Of a stretch of DNA of 64,000 nt, positions 13,010 to 25,914 are shown one piece after another; position 1 is the stretch's first letter, and every line of letters begins with the position of its first letter. Origin of the DNA: Macrostomum hystrix (taxonomy: Eukaryota; Animalia; Platyhelminthes); NCBI GenBank assembly GCA_950097015.1, contig CATNEN010000014.1, positions 682,001-746,000 on the forward strand, given 5' to 3'. A program made the position numbers and the translations under genes. The notes under the pieces were generated by a model. The model ran no database searches and was not told where the DNA came from. It worked only from the letters and a program-made list of their open reading frames with translations.

Positions 13010-13082
13010 TTGACGCAGTGCAGAATCGAACCCTAGCCTAGCCTAACTTATTCCTAGTGCCTAACACATCGGCTATTCCGAC
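13010..13082 (-). promoter_or_regulatory. tRNA-like / SINE-head-like RNA polymerase III A-box and B-box segment in the Helitron 5' region (also in units 3-8)
   Basis: Minus strand GTCGGAA-TAGCCGATGTGTTAGGC...GGGTTCGATTC; A-box 13065-13075, B-box 13023-13032, spacing about 43 nt as in tRNAs; acceptor and T stems degenerate, so not a functional tRNA. Confidence 0.45.
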
Positions 13083-13515
13083 TGTTGGTTAGTGGGTGCA
13101 GAAATCAGCCTTATAAAATGAATTCTCAAAGTTCTGGCTTTGTACAATGAAGTAAGAAAATAGAGTACACTCAGTCTCGCGGTTGGTTGTGTACATTTAT
13201 TTCCAATTTGTCTCCAGAGTGCAGGCTTCAAATTCAATCAGCTAGGGGTTGTTGCGCAATTTGACGATGCAATTCTAATTCAGTGGCAGTGAGTGGTTTG
13301 ACCTTTGAATTTGACCTTTGAAAAATCATGTTTTTCGAATATTTAATCCCTTTAGCAATAAAGTTAAGCTTAATAAAAATACGTGTAAAATTGTCCCCAT
13401 ATTTGGCATCTTTTGGTGAAGAAATGGTGAAAATTGGTTGAGCCGTTCGGGAGAAAATCAGTTACAAGCAACCAAGCAAGCAAGCAAGCAAGCATTTCAT
13501 TTTTAGTATAGTGGA

Positions 13516-16500
13516 CTAGCAAGTTTTGCCCCCCTTCGGGGAGCAGAAATACTTTTAATTCGTCTATAATATACTTTTTAGCAGCTGAATTTACAGCTTT
13601 TTAATTCTACATTGATCCCCCAGTTGACAATGATCCCCCAGTTGACAATGATCCCCCAGTTGACAACGATCACCCAGTTGACAATGATCCCCCATTTGAC
13701 AATGATCCCCCAGTTGACAATGATCCCACAGTTGACAATGATCCCCCAGTTCACAATGATCACCCAGTTGATGATGATCCCCCAGTTGATGATGATCCCC
13801 CAGTTGAAAATGATCCCCCAGTTGACAATGATCCCCCAGTTGACAATGATCCCACAGTTGACAATGATCCCCCAGTTGACAAAGATCCCCCAGTTCACAA
13901 TGATCACCCAGTTGATGATGATCCCCCAGTTGATGATGATCCCCCAGTTGAAAATGATCCCCCAGTTGACAATGATCCCCCAGTTGACAATGATCCCCCA
14001 GTTGACAATGATCCCCCAGTTAACAAAGATCCCCCAGTTGACAATGATCCCCCAGTTGACAATGATCCCCCAGTTGACAATGATCCCCCAGTTGATGATG
14101 ATCCCCCAGTTGAAAATGATCCCCCAGTTGACAATGATCCCCCAGTTGAGAATGATCCCCCAGTTGACAATGATCCCCCAGTTGATGAAGTCTCCCCATT
14201 GATGATGATCCCTAGTTAACAATGTTCCTCCAGTTGACAATGTTCCCCCAGTTGACAATGATCCCCCAGTTGACAATGATCCACCAGTTGACAATGATCC
14301 CGCCGGTTGACAATGATCCCACAGTTGACAACGATCCCCCAGTTGACAATGATCCCCCAGTTGACAATGATCCCACAGTGGACAATGATCCCCCAGTTGA
14401 CAAAGATCCCCCAGTTCCCAATGATCACCCAGTTGATGATGATCCCCCAGTTGATGATGATCCCCCAGTTGAAAATGATCCCCCAGTTGACAATGATCCC
14501 CCAGTTGACAAAGATCCCCCAGTTCACAATTATCACCCAGTTGATGATGATCCCCCAGTTGACAATGATCCCCCAGTTGACAATGATCCCCCAGTTGACA
14601 ATGATCCCCCAGTTAACAAAGATCCCCCAGTTCACAATGATCCCCCAGTTGATGAAGTCTCCCCATTGATGATGATCCCCAGTTAACAATGTTCCTCCAG
14701 TTGACAATGTTCCCCCAGTTGACAACGATCCCCCAGTTGATGATGATCACCCAGTTGACAATGATCCCCCAGTTGACAATGATCCCCCAGTTGACAATGA
14801 TCCCCCAGTTGACAATGATCCCCCATTTGACAATGATCACCCAGTTGACAATGATCCCCCAGTTGACAATGATCCCCCAGTTGACAATGATCCCCCAGTT
14901 GACAATGATCCCGCCGGTTGACAATGATCCCACAGTTGACAATGAACCCCCAGTTGACAATGATCCCCCAGTTGATGATGATCCCCCAGTTGACAATGAT
15001 CCCCCAGTTGACAATGATCCCCCAGTTGACAATGAACCCCCAGTTGACAACGATCCCCCAGTTGACAATGATCCCCCAGTTGACAATGATCCCCCAGTTG
15101 ACAATGATCCCACAGTATACAATGATCCCCCAGTTGACAAAGATCCCCCAGTTCACAATGATCCCCCAGTTGACAAAGATCCCCCAGTTCTCAATGATCC
15201 CCCAGTTGATGATGATCCCCAGTTGATGACGATTCCCCAGTTGACAACTATCCCCCAGTTGACCATTACCCCCCAGTTGACAATGATCTCTCAGTTCACA
15301 ATGATCCCCCAGTTGACAATGATCCCCCAGTTGACAATGAACCCCCAGTTGACAATGAACCCCCAGTTGACAAAGATCCCCCAGTTGACAATGATCCCCC
15401 ATTTGACAATGATCCCCCAGTTGACAATGATCCCCCAGTTGACAATGATCCCCCAGTTGACAATGATCCCCCAGTTGACAATGATCCCCCAGTTGACAAT
15501 GATCCCCCAGTCGACAATTATCCCCCAGTTTACCATGATCCCCCAGTTCACCATGATCCCCATTTTGATGATGACTCCCCAGTTGACGTTGATTTTTCAA
15601 ACGCTGGGTTAGCCAAGATTCAAACTCAGGTTTCGCCATGTTTTAAACCCTGGTGGGCTATGATTCAAACTCTCGTTTTGCCATGATTCAAACTCTGGTT
15701 TAGCCAAGATTCAAACTCTGGTTGGCTATGATTCAAACTCTGGTTTAGCCATGATTCAAACGCTGGGTTAGCCATGATTGAAACTCGGTTTTTGCCATGA
15801 TTCAAACTCTGGTTTAGCCAAGATTCAAACTCTGGTTGGCTATGATTCAAACTCTGGTTTAGCCATGATTCAGACTCTGGTTTAGCCATGATTCAAACTC
15901 TGGTTTAGCCATGATTCAGACTCTGGTTTAGCCATGATTCAAACTCTGGTGTAGCCATTATTCAAACTCTGGTTTAGCCATGATTCAAACTCTAGTTTAG
16001 CCATGCTGATGATGATGGTTTAGCCATGATTCAAACTCTGGTTTAGCCATGATTTAGTCTCTGGTTTAGCCATGATTCAAACTCTAGTTTAGCCATGCTG
16101 ATGATGATGGTTTAGCCATGATTCAAACGCTGGTTCAGCCATGATTTAGTCTCTGGTTTAGCCATGATTCAAACTCTGGTTTAGCCATGATTCAGACGCT
16201 GGTTTAGCCATGATTGAAACTCTGGTTTAGCCATGATTCAGACGCTGGTTTAGCCATGATTGAAACTCTGGTTTAGCCATGATTCAGACTCTGGTTTAGC
16301 CATGATTCAGACGCTGGTTTAGCCATGATTCGGACGCTGGTTTAGCCATGATTGAAACTCTGGTTTTGCCATGATTCAGACTCTGGTTTAGCCATGATTC
16401 ACACTCTGGTTTAGCCATGGTTCAAACTCTGGTTTAGCCATGATTCAGACTCTAGTTTAGCCATGATTCAGACTCTGGTTTAGCCATGATTCAGACTCTA

Positions 16501-17204
16501 TTTTAGCCATGATTCAGACTCTAGTTTAGCCACGATTCAGACTCTGGTTTAGCCATGATTCAAACTCTATTTTTGCAATGATTCAAACTCAGGTGTGCTA
16601 TGATTTATGATATTTTATTTACGAAATGAAAAAAATAAATTAAAATAGTCTTCAATCACTACTGGCTGAAAATTAGTCTAAAATGATTTGACGCAGTGCA
16701 GAATCGAACCCTAGCCTAGCCTATAACCTATTCCTAGTGCCTACACATCGGCTATTCCGACTGTTGGTTAGTGGGTGCAAAAATCAGCCTTATAAAATGA
16801 ATTCTCAAAGTTCTGGCTTTGTACAATGAAGTGAGAAAATAGAGTACACTCAGTCTCGCGGTTGGTTGTGTACATTTATTTCCAATTTGTCTCCAGAGTG
16901 CAGGCTTTAAATTCAATCAGCTAGGGGTTGTTGCGCAATTTGACGATGCAATTCTAATTCAGTGGCAGTGAGTGAAATTCTCAATAGTCTAAGATGGTTT
17001 GACCTTTGAAAAAATCATGTTTTTCGAATATTTAATCCTCTTAGCAATAAAGTTCAGCTTAATAAAAATACGTGTAAAATTGTCCCCATATTTGGCATCT
17101 TTTGGTGAAGAAATGGTGAAAATCGGTTGAGCCGTTCGGGAGAAAATCAATTACAAGCAAGCAACCAACCAACCAACCAACCATTTCATTTTTAGTATAG
17201 TGGA
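13516..17204 (-). mobile_element. Helitron unit 3 (3689 bp): 18-bp array ~13610-15587, 23-bp array ~15588-16605
   Basis: TC 5' end at 17204, hairpin at 13527-13545, CTAG at 13516. Confidence 0.85.
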
Positions 17205-20200
17205 CTAGCAAGTTTTGCCCCCCTTCGGGGAGCAGAAATACTTTTAATTCGTCTAGTATATACTTTTTAGCAGCTGAATTTACAGCTTTTTAAAGCTACA
17301 ATGAACCCCCAGTTGACAATGATCCCCCAGTTGACAATGATCCCCCAGTTGACAATGAAACCCCAGTTAACAATGAACCCCCAGTTGACAACGATCCCCC
17401 AGTTGACAATGATCCCCCATTTGACAATGATCCCCCAGTTGACAATGATCCCACAGTTGACAATGATCCCCCAGTTGACAAAGATCCCCCAGTTCACAAT
17501 GATCACCCAGTTGATGATGATCCCCCAGTTGATGATGATCCCCCAGTTGAAAATGATCCCCCAGTTGACAATGATCCCCCAGTTGACAATGATCCCACAG
17601 TTGACAATGATCCCCCAGTTGACAAAGATCCCCCAGTTCACAATGATCACCCAGTTGATGATGATCCCCCAGTTGATGATGATCCCCCAGTTGAAAATGA
17701 TCCCCCAGTTGACAATGATCCCCCAGTTGACAATGATCCCCCAGTTGACAATGATCCCCCAGTTAACAAAGATCCCCCAGTTCACAATGATCCCCCAGTT
17801 GATGAAGTCTCCCCATTGATGATGATCCCCCAGTTGAAAATGATCCCCCAGTTGACAATGATCCCCCAGTTGACAATGATCCCCCAGTTGACAATGATCC
17901 CCCAGTTAACAAAGATCCCCCAGTTCACAATGATCCCCCAGTTGATGAAGTCTCCCCATTGATGATGATCCCCAGTTAACAATGTTCCCCCAGTTGACAA
18001 TGATCCCCCAGTTGATGATGATCACCCAGTTGACAATGATCCCCCAGTTGACAATGATCCCCCAGTTGACAATGATCCCCCAGTTGACAATGATCCCCCA
18101 GTTGATGATGATCCCCCAGTTGACAATGATCCCCCAGTTGAGAATGATCCCTCAGTTGACAATGATCCCCCAGTTAACAAAGATCCCGCCGGTTGACAAT
18201 GATCCCACAGTTGACAATGAACCCCCAGTTGACAATGATCCCCCAGTTGATGATGATCCCCCAGTTGACAATGATCCCCCAGTTGACAATGATCCCCCAG
18301 TTGACAATGAACCCCCAGTTGACAACGATCCCCCAGTTGACAATGATCCCCCAGTTGACAATGATCCCCCAGTTGACAATGATCCCCCAGTTAACAAAGA
18401 TCCCCCAGTTCACAATGATCCCCCAGTTGACAATGAACCCCCAGTTGACAATGAACCCCCAGTTGACAAAGATCCCCCAGTTGACAATGATCCCCCATTT
18501 GACAATGATCCCCCAGTTGACAATGATCCCCCAGTTGACAATGATCCCCCAGTTGACAATGATCCCCCAGTTGACAATGATCCCCCAGTCGACAATTATC
18601 CCCCAGTTTACCATGATCCCCCAGTTCACCATGATCCCCATTTTGATGATGACTCCCCAGTTGACGTTGATTTTTCAAACGCTGGGTTAGCCAAGATTCA
18701 AACTCAGGTTTCGCCATGTTTTAAACCCTGGTGGGCTATGATTCAAACTCTCGTTTTGCCATGATTCAGACTCTGGTTTAGCCAAGATTCAAACTCTGGT
18801 TGGCTATGATTCAAACTCTGGTTTAGCCATGATTCAAGCGCTGGGTTAGCCATGATTGAAACTTGGTTTTTGCCATGATTCAAACTCTGGTTTAGCCATG
18901 ATTCAAACGCTGGGTTAGCCATGATTGAAACTCTGGTTTAGCCAAGATTCAAACTCTGGTTGGCTATGATTCAAAGTCTGGTTTAGCCATGATTCAAACT
19001 CTGGTTTAGCCATGATTCAGACTCTGGTTTAGCCATGATTCAAACTCTGGTGTAGCCATTATTCAAACTCTGGTTTAGCCATGATTCAAACTCTAGTTTA
19101 GCCATGCTGATGATGATGGTTTAGCCATGATTCAAACTCTAGTTTAGCCATGCTGATGATGATGGTTTAGCCATGATTTAGTCTCTGGTATAGCCATGAT
19201 TCAGACGCTGGTTTAGCCATGATTCAAACTCTGGTGTAGCCAATATTCAAACTCTGGTTTAGCCATGATTCAAACTCTGGTTTAGCCATGATTCAGACTC
19301 TGGTTTAGCCATGATTCAGACGCTGGTTTAGCCATGATTGAAACTCTGGTTTAGCCATGATTCAGACTCTGGTTTAGCCATGATTCAGACTCTGGTTAAG
19401 CCATGATTCAGACTCTGGTTTAGCCATGATTCAAACTCTGCTTTAGCCATGACTCAAACTCTGGTTTAGCCATGATTCGGACTCTGGTTTAGCCATGATT
19501 CAAACTCTGCTTTAGCCATGATTCAAACTCTGGTTTAGCCATGATTCAAACTCTGCTTTAGCCATGATTCAAACTCTGCTTTAGCCATGATTCAGACGCT
19601 GGTTTAGGCATGATTCAAACTCTGGTTTAGCCATGATTCAGACGCTGGTTTAGCCATGCTGATGATGATGGTTTAGCCATGATTCAGACTCTGGTTTAGC
19701 CATGATTCAGACTCTGGTTTAGCCATGACTCAAACTCTGGTTTAGCCATGATTCAGACGCTGGTTTAGCCATGATTGAAACTCTGGTTTAGCCATGCTGA
19801 TGATGATGGTTTAGCCATGATTCAGACTCTGGTTTAGCCATGATTCAAACTCTGGTGTAGCCAATATTCAAACTCTGGTTTAGCCATGATTCAAACTCTA
19901 GTTTAGCCATGATTCAAGATCTGGTTTAGCCATGATTCAGACGCTGGTTTAGCCATGCTGATGATGATGGTTTAGCCATGATTCAAACTCTGGTTTAGCC
20001 ATGATTCAAACGATGGTTTAGCCATGATTTAAACGATGGTTTAGCGATGATTCAAACGATGGTTTAGCCATGATTCAAACGATGGTTTAGCCATGATTCA
20101 AACTCTGGTTTTGCCATGATTCAAACGATGGTTTAGCCATGATTTAAACGATGGTTTAGCCATGATTTAAACGATGGTTTAGCCATGATTCAAACGATGG

Positions 20201-22225
20201 TTTAGCCATGATTTAAACGACGGTTTAGCCATGATTCAAACGATGGTTTAGCCATGATTCAAACGATGGTTTAGCCATGATTCAAACGATGGTTTTGCCA
20301 TGATTCAAACTCTGGTTTAGCCATGATTCAAACTCTGGTTTAGCCATGATTCAAACGATGGTTTAGCAATGATTCAAACGATGGTTTAGCCATGATTCAA
20401 ACGATGGTTTAGCCATGATTCAAACAATTGTTTAGCCATGATTCAAGATCTGGTTTAGCCATGATTTAAACTCTGGTTTAGCCATGATTCAAGCTCTGGT
20501 TTTGCCATGATCCAAACTCTGGTTTAGCCATGATTTAAACGATGGTTTAGCCATGATTCAAACGATGGTTTAGCCATGATTCAAACGATGGTTTAGCCAT
20601 GATTCAAACTCTGGTTTTGCCATGATTCAAACGATGGTTTAGCCATGATTCAAACTCTGGTTTAGCCATGATTCAAACTCTAGTTTAGCCATGATTCAAG
20701 ATCTGGTTTAGCCATGATTCAAACTCTGGTGTAGCCATTATTCAAACTCTGGTTTAGCCATGATTCAAACTCTAGTTTAGCCATGCTGATGATGATGGTT
20801 TAGCCATGATTCAAACTCTAGTTTAGCCATGCTGATGATGATGGTTTAGCCATGATTTAGTCTCTGGTTTAGCCATGATTCAAACTCTGGTTTAGCCATG
20901 ATTCAGACGCTGGTTTAGCCATGATTCAAACTCTGGTGTTGCCAATATTCAAACTCTGGTTTAGCCATGATTCAAACTCTGGTTAAGCCATGATTCAGAC
21001 GCTGGTTTAGCCATGATTCAGACGCTGGTTTAGCCATGATTCAAACTCTGGTTTAGCCATGATTCAGACTCTGGTTTAGCCATGATTCAGACTCTAGTTT
21101 AGCCATGATTCAGACTCTGGTTTAGCCATGATTCAGACTCTGGTTTAGCCATGATTCAGACGCTGGTTTAGCCATGATTCAGACTCTGGTTTAGCCATGA
21201 TTCAAACTCTGGTTTAGCAATGATTCAGACTATGGTTTAGCCATGATTCAGACTCTAGGTTAGCCATGATTCAAACTCTGGTTTAGCCATGATTCAGACT
21301 CTGGTTTAGCCATGACTCAAACTCTGGTTTAGCCATGATTCAAACTCTGGTTTAGCCATGATTCAAACTCTGGTTTAGCCATGATTCAAACTCTGGTTTA
21401 GCCATGATTCAAACTCTGGTTAAGCCATGATTCAGACTCTGGTTTAGCCATGATTCAAACTCTGCTTTAGCCATGATTCAGACGCTGGTTTAGCCATGAT
21501 TCAGACTCTGGTTTAGCCATGATTCAAACTCTGGTTTAGCAATGATTCAGACTCTGGTTTAGCCATGATTCAGACGCTGGTTTAGCCATGATTCAAGCTC
21601 TATTTTTGCCATGATTCAAATTCAGGTTTGCTATGATTTATGATATTTTATTTACGAAATGAAAAAAATAAATCAAAATAATCTTCAATCACTACTGGCT
21701 GAAAATTAGTCTAAATGATTTGACGCAGTGCAGAATCGAACCCTAGCCTAGCCTAACTTATTCCTAGTGCCTAACACATCGGCTATTCCGACTGTTGGTT
21801 AGTGGGTGCAGAAATCAGCCTTATAAAATGAATTCTCAAAGTTCTGGCTTTGTACAATGAAGTAAGAAAATAGAGTACACTCAGTCTCGCGGTTGGTTGT
21901 GTACATTTATTTCCAATTTGTCTCCAGAGTGCAGGCTTCAAATTCAATCAGCTAGGGGTTGTTGCGCAATTTGACGATGCAATTCTAATTCAGTGGCAGT
22001 GAGTGGTTTGACCTTTGAATTTGACCTTTGAAAAATCATGTTTTTCGAATATTTAATCCCTTTAGCAATAAAGTTAAGCTTAATAAAAATACGTGTAAAA
22101 TTGTCCCCATATTTGGCATCTTTTGGTGAAGAAATGGTGAAAATTGGTTGAGCCGTTCGGGAGAAAATCAGTTACAAGCAACCAAGCAAGCAAGCAAGCA
22201 AGCATTTCATTTTTAGTATAGTGGA
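17205..22225 (-). mobile_element. Helitron unit 4 (5021 bp): 18-bp array ~17299-18665, 23-bp array ~18666-21638
   Basis: Complete ends; right part matches unit 2, left part matches unit 8. Confidence 0.85.
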
Positions 22226-25200
22226 CTAGCAAGTTTTGCCCCCCTTCGGGGAGCAGAAATACTTTTAATTCGTCTATAATATACTTTTTAGCAGCTGAAT
22301 TTACAGCTTTTTAATTCTACATTGATCCCCCAGTTGACAATGATCCCCCAGTTGACAATGATCCCCCAGTTGACAACGATCACCCAGTTGACAATGATCC
22401 CCCATTTGACAATGATCCCCCAGTTGACAATGATCCCACAGTTGACAATGATCCCCCAGTTCACAATGATCACCCAGTTGATGATGATCCCCCAGTTGAT
22501 GATGATCCCCCAGTTGAAAATGATCCCCCAGTTGACAATGATCCCCCAGTTGACAATGATCCCACAGTTGACAATGATCCCCCAGTTGACAAAGATCCCC
22601 CAGTTCACAATGATCACCCAGTTGATGATGATCCCCCAGTTGATGATGATCCCCCAGTTGAAAATGATCCCCCAGTTGACAATGATCCCCCAGTTGACAA
22701 TGATCCCCCAGTTGACAATGATCCCCCAGTTAACAAAGATCCCCCAGTTGACAATGATCCCCCAGTTGACAATGATCCCCCAGTTGACAATGATCCCCCA
22801 GTTGATGATGATCCCCCAGTTGAAAATGATCCCCCAGTTGACAATGATCCCCCAGTTGAGAATGATCCCCCAGTTGACAATGATCCCCCAGTTGATGAAG
22901 TCTCCCCATTGATGATGATCCCTAGTTAACAATGTTCCTCCAGTTGACAATGTTCCCCCAGTTGACAATGATCCCCCAGTTGACAATGATCCACCAGTTG
23001 ACAATGATCCCGCCGGTTGACAATGATCCCACAGTTGACAACGATCCCCCAGTTGACAATGATCCCCCAGTTGACAATGATCCCACAGTGGACAATGATC
23101 CCCCAGTTGACAAAGATCCCCCAGTTCCCAATGATCACCCAGTTGATGATGATCCCCCAGTTGATGATGATCCCCCAGTTGAAAATGATCCCCCAGTTGA
23201 CAATGATCCCCCAGTTGACAAAGATCCCCCAGTTCACAATTATCACCCAGTTGATGATGATCCCCCAGTTGACAATGATCCCCCAGTTGACAATGATCCC
23301 CCAGTTGACAATGATCCCCCAGTTAACAAAGATCCCCCAGTTCACAATGATCCCCCAGTTGATGAAGTCTCCCCATTGATGATGATCCCCAGTTAACAAT
23401 GTTCCTCCAGTTGACAATGTTCCCCCAGTTGACAACGATCCCCCAGTTGATGATGATCACCCAGTTGACAATGATCCCCCAGTTGACAATGATCCCCCAG
23501 TTGACAATGATCCCCCAGTTGACAATGATCCCCCATTTGACAATGATCACCCAGTTGACAATGATCCCCCAGTTGACAATGATCCCCCAGTTGACAATGA
23601 TCCCCCAGTTGACAATGATCCCGCCGGTTGACAATGATCCCACAGTTGACAATGAACCCCCAGTTGACAATGATCCCCCAGTTGATGATGATCCCCCAGT
23701 TGACAATGATCCCCCAGTTGACAATGATCCCCCAGTTGACAATGAACCCCCAGTTGACAACGATCCCCCAGTTGACAATGATCCCCCAGTTGACAATGAT
23801 CCCCCAGTTGACAATGATCCCACAGTATACAATGATCCCCCAGTTGACAAAGATCCCCCAGTTCACAATGATCCCCCAGTTGACAAAGATCCCCCAGTTC
23901 TCAATGATCCCCCAGTTGATGATGATCCCCAGTTGATGACGATTCCCCAGTTGACAACTATCCCCCAGTTGACCATTACCCCCCAGTTGACAATGATCTC
24001 TCAGTTCACAATGATCCCCCAGTTGACAATGATCCCCCAGTTGACAATGAACCCCCAGTTGACAATGAACCCCCAGTTGACAAAGATCCCCCAGTTGACA
24101 ATGATCCCCCATTTGACAATGATCCCCCAGTTGACAATGATCCCCCAGTTGACAATGATCCCCCAGTTGACAATGATCCCCCAGTTGACAATGATCCCCC
24201 AGTTGACAATGATCCCCCAGTCGACAATTATCCCCCAGTTTACCATGATCCCCCAGTTCACCATGATCCCCATTTTGATGATGACTCCCCAGTTGACGTT
24301 GATTTTTCAAACGCTGGGTTAGCCAAGATTCAAACTCAGGTTTCGCCATGTTTTAAACCCTGGTGGGCTATGATTCAAACTCTCGTTTTGCCATGATTCA
24401 AACTCTGGTTTAGCCAAGATTCAAACTCTGGTTGGCTATGATTCAAACTCTGGTTTAGCCATGATTCAAACGCTGGGTTAGCCATGATTGAAACTCGGTT
24501 TTTGCCATGATTCAAACTCTGGTTTAGCCAAGATTCAAACTCTGGTTGGCTATGATTCAAACTCTGGTTTAGCCATGATTCAGACTCTGGTTTAGCCATG
24601 ATTCAAACTCTGGTTTAGCCATGATTCAGACTCTGGTTTAGCCATGATTCAAACTCTGGTGTAGCCATTATTCAAACTCTGGTTTAGCCATGATTCAAAC
24701 TCTAGTTTAGCCATGCTGATGATGATGGTTTAGCCATGATTCAAACTCTGGTTTAGCCATGATTTAGTCTCTGGTTTAGCCATGATTCAAACTCTAGTTT
24801 AGCCATGCTGATGATGATGGTTTAGCCATGATTCAAACGCTGGTTCAGCCATGATTTAGTCTCTGGTTTAGCCATGATTCAAACTCTGGTTTAGCCATGA
24901 TTCAGACGCTGGTTTAGCCATGATTGAAACTCTGGTTTAGCCATGATTCAGACGCTGGTTTAGCCATGATTGAAACTCTGGTTTAGCCATGATTCAGACT
25001 CTGGTTTAGCCATGATTCAGACGCTGGTTTAGCCATGATTCGGACGCTGGTTTAGCCATGATTGAAACTCTGGTTTTGCCATGATTCAGACTCTGGTTTA
25101 GCCATGATTCACACTCTGGTTTAGCCATGGTTCAAACTCTGGTTTAGCCATGATTCAGACTCTAGTTTAGCCATGATTCAGACTCTGGTTTAGCCATGAT

Positions 25201-25914
25201 TCAGACTCTATTTTAGCCATGATTCAGACTCTAGTTTAGCCACGATTCAGACTCTGGTTTAGCCATGATTCAAACTCTATTTTTGCAATGATTCAAACTC
25301 AGGTGTGCTATGATTTATGATATTTTATTTACGAAATGAAAAAAATAAATTAAAATAGTCTTCAATCACTACTGGCTGAAAATTAGTCTAAAATGATTTG
25401 ACGCAGTGCAGAATCGAACCCTAGCCTAGCCTATAACCTATTCCTAGTGCCTACACATCGGCTATTCCGACTGTTGGTTAGTGGGTGCAAAAATCAGCCT
25501 TATAAAATGAATTCTCAAAGTTCTGGCTTTGTACAATGAAGTGAGAAAATAGAGTACACTCAGTCTCGCGGTTGGTTGTGTACATTTATTTCCAATTTGT
25601 CTCCAGAGTGCAGGCTTTAAATTCAATCAGCTAGGGGTTGTTGCGCAATTTGACGATGCAATTCTAATTCAGTGGCAGTGAGTGAAATTCTCAATAGTCT
25701 AAGATGGTTTGACCTTTGAAAAAATCATGTTTTTCGAATATTTAATCCTCTTAGCAATAAAGTTCAGCTTAATAAAAATACGTGTAAAATTGTCCCCATA
25801 TTTGGCATCTTTTGGTGAAGAAATGGTGAAAATCGGTTGAGCCGTTCGGGAGAAAATCAATTACAAGCAAGCAACCAACCAACCAACCAACCATTTCATT
25901 TTTAGTATAGTGGA
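22226..25914 (-). mobile_element. Helitron unit 5 (3689 bp, copy of unit 3)
   Basis: Same ends and ORF-track pattern as unit 3 at +8710. Confidence 0.85.

Larger units (their letters stand above)
6680..13515 (-). mobile_element. Helitron unit 2 (6836 bp, complete ends)
   Basis: 5' TCCACTATACTAAAAATGAAATG followed by a (CTTG/GTTG)n microsatellite at 13515; 3' hairpin+CTAG at 6680. Confidence 0.85.

Noticed and set aside
13010-13082. Functional tRNA gene
   Set aside because: Acceptor and T stems do not pair and the anticodon loop is non-canonical; kept only as a tRNA-like promoter candidate.
12929-13515. Rep/helicase or captured gene fragment in the Helitron unique region
   Set aside because: No ORF of 60 aa or more in the track for this copy and no HUH or helicase motifs; the element is non-autonomous.
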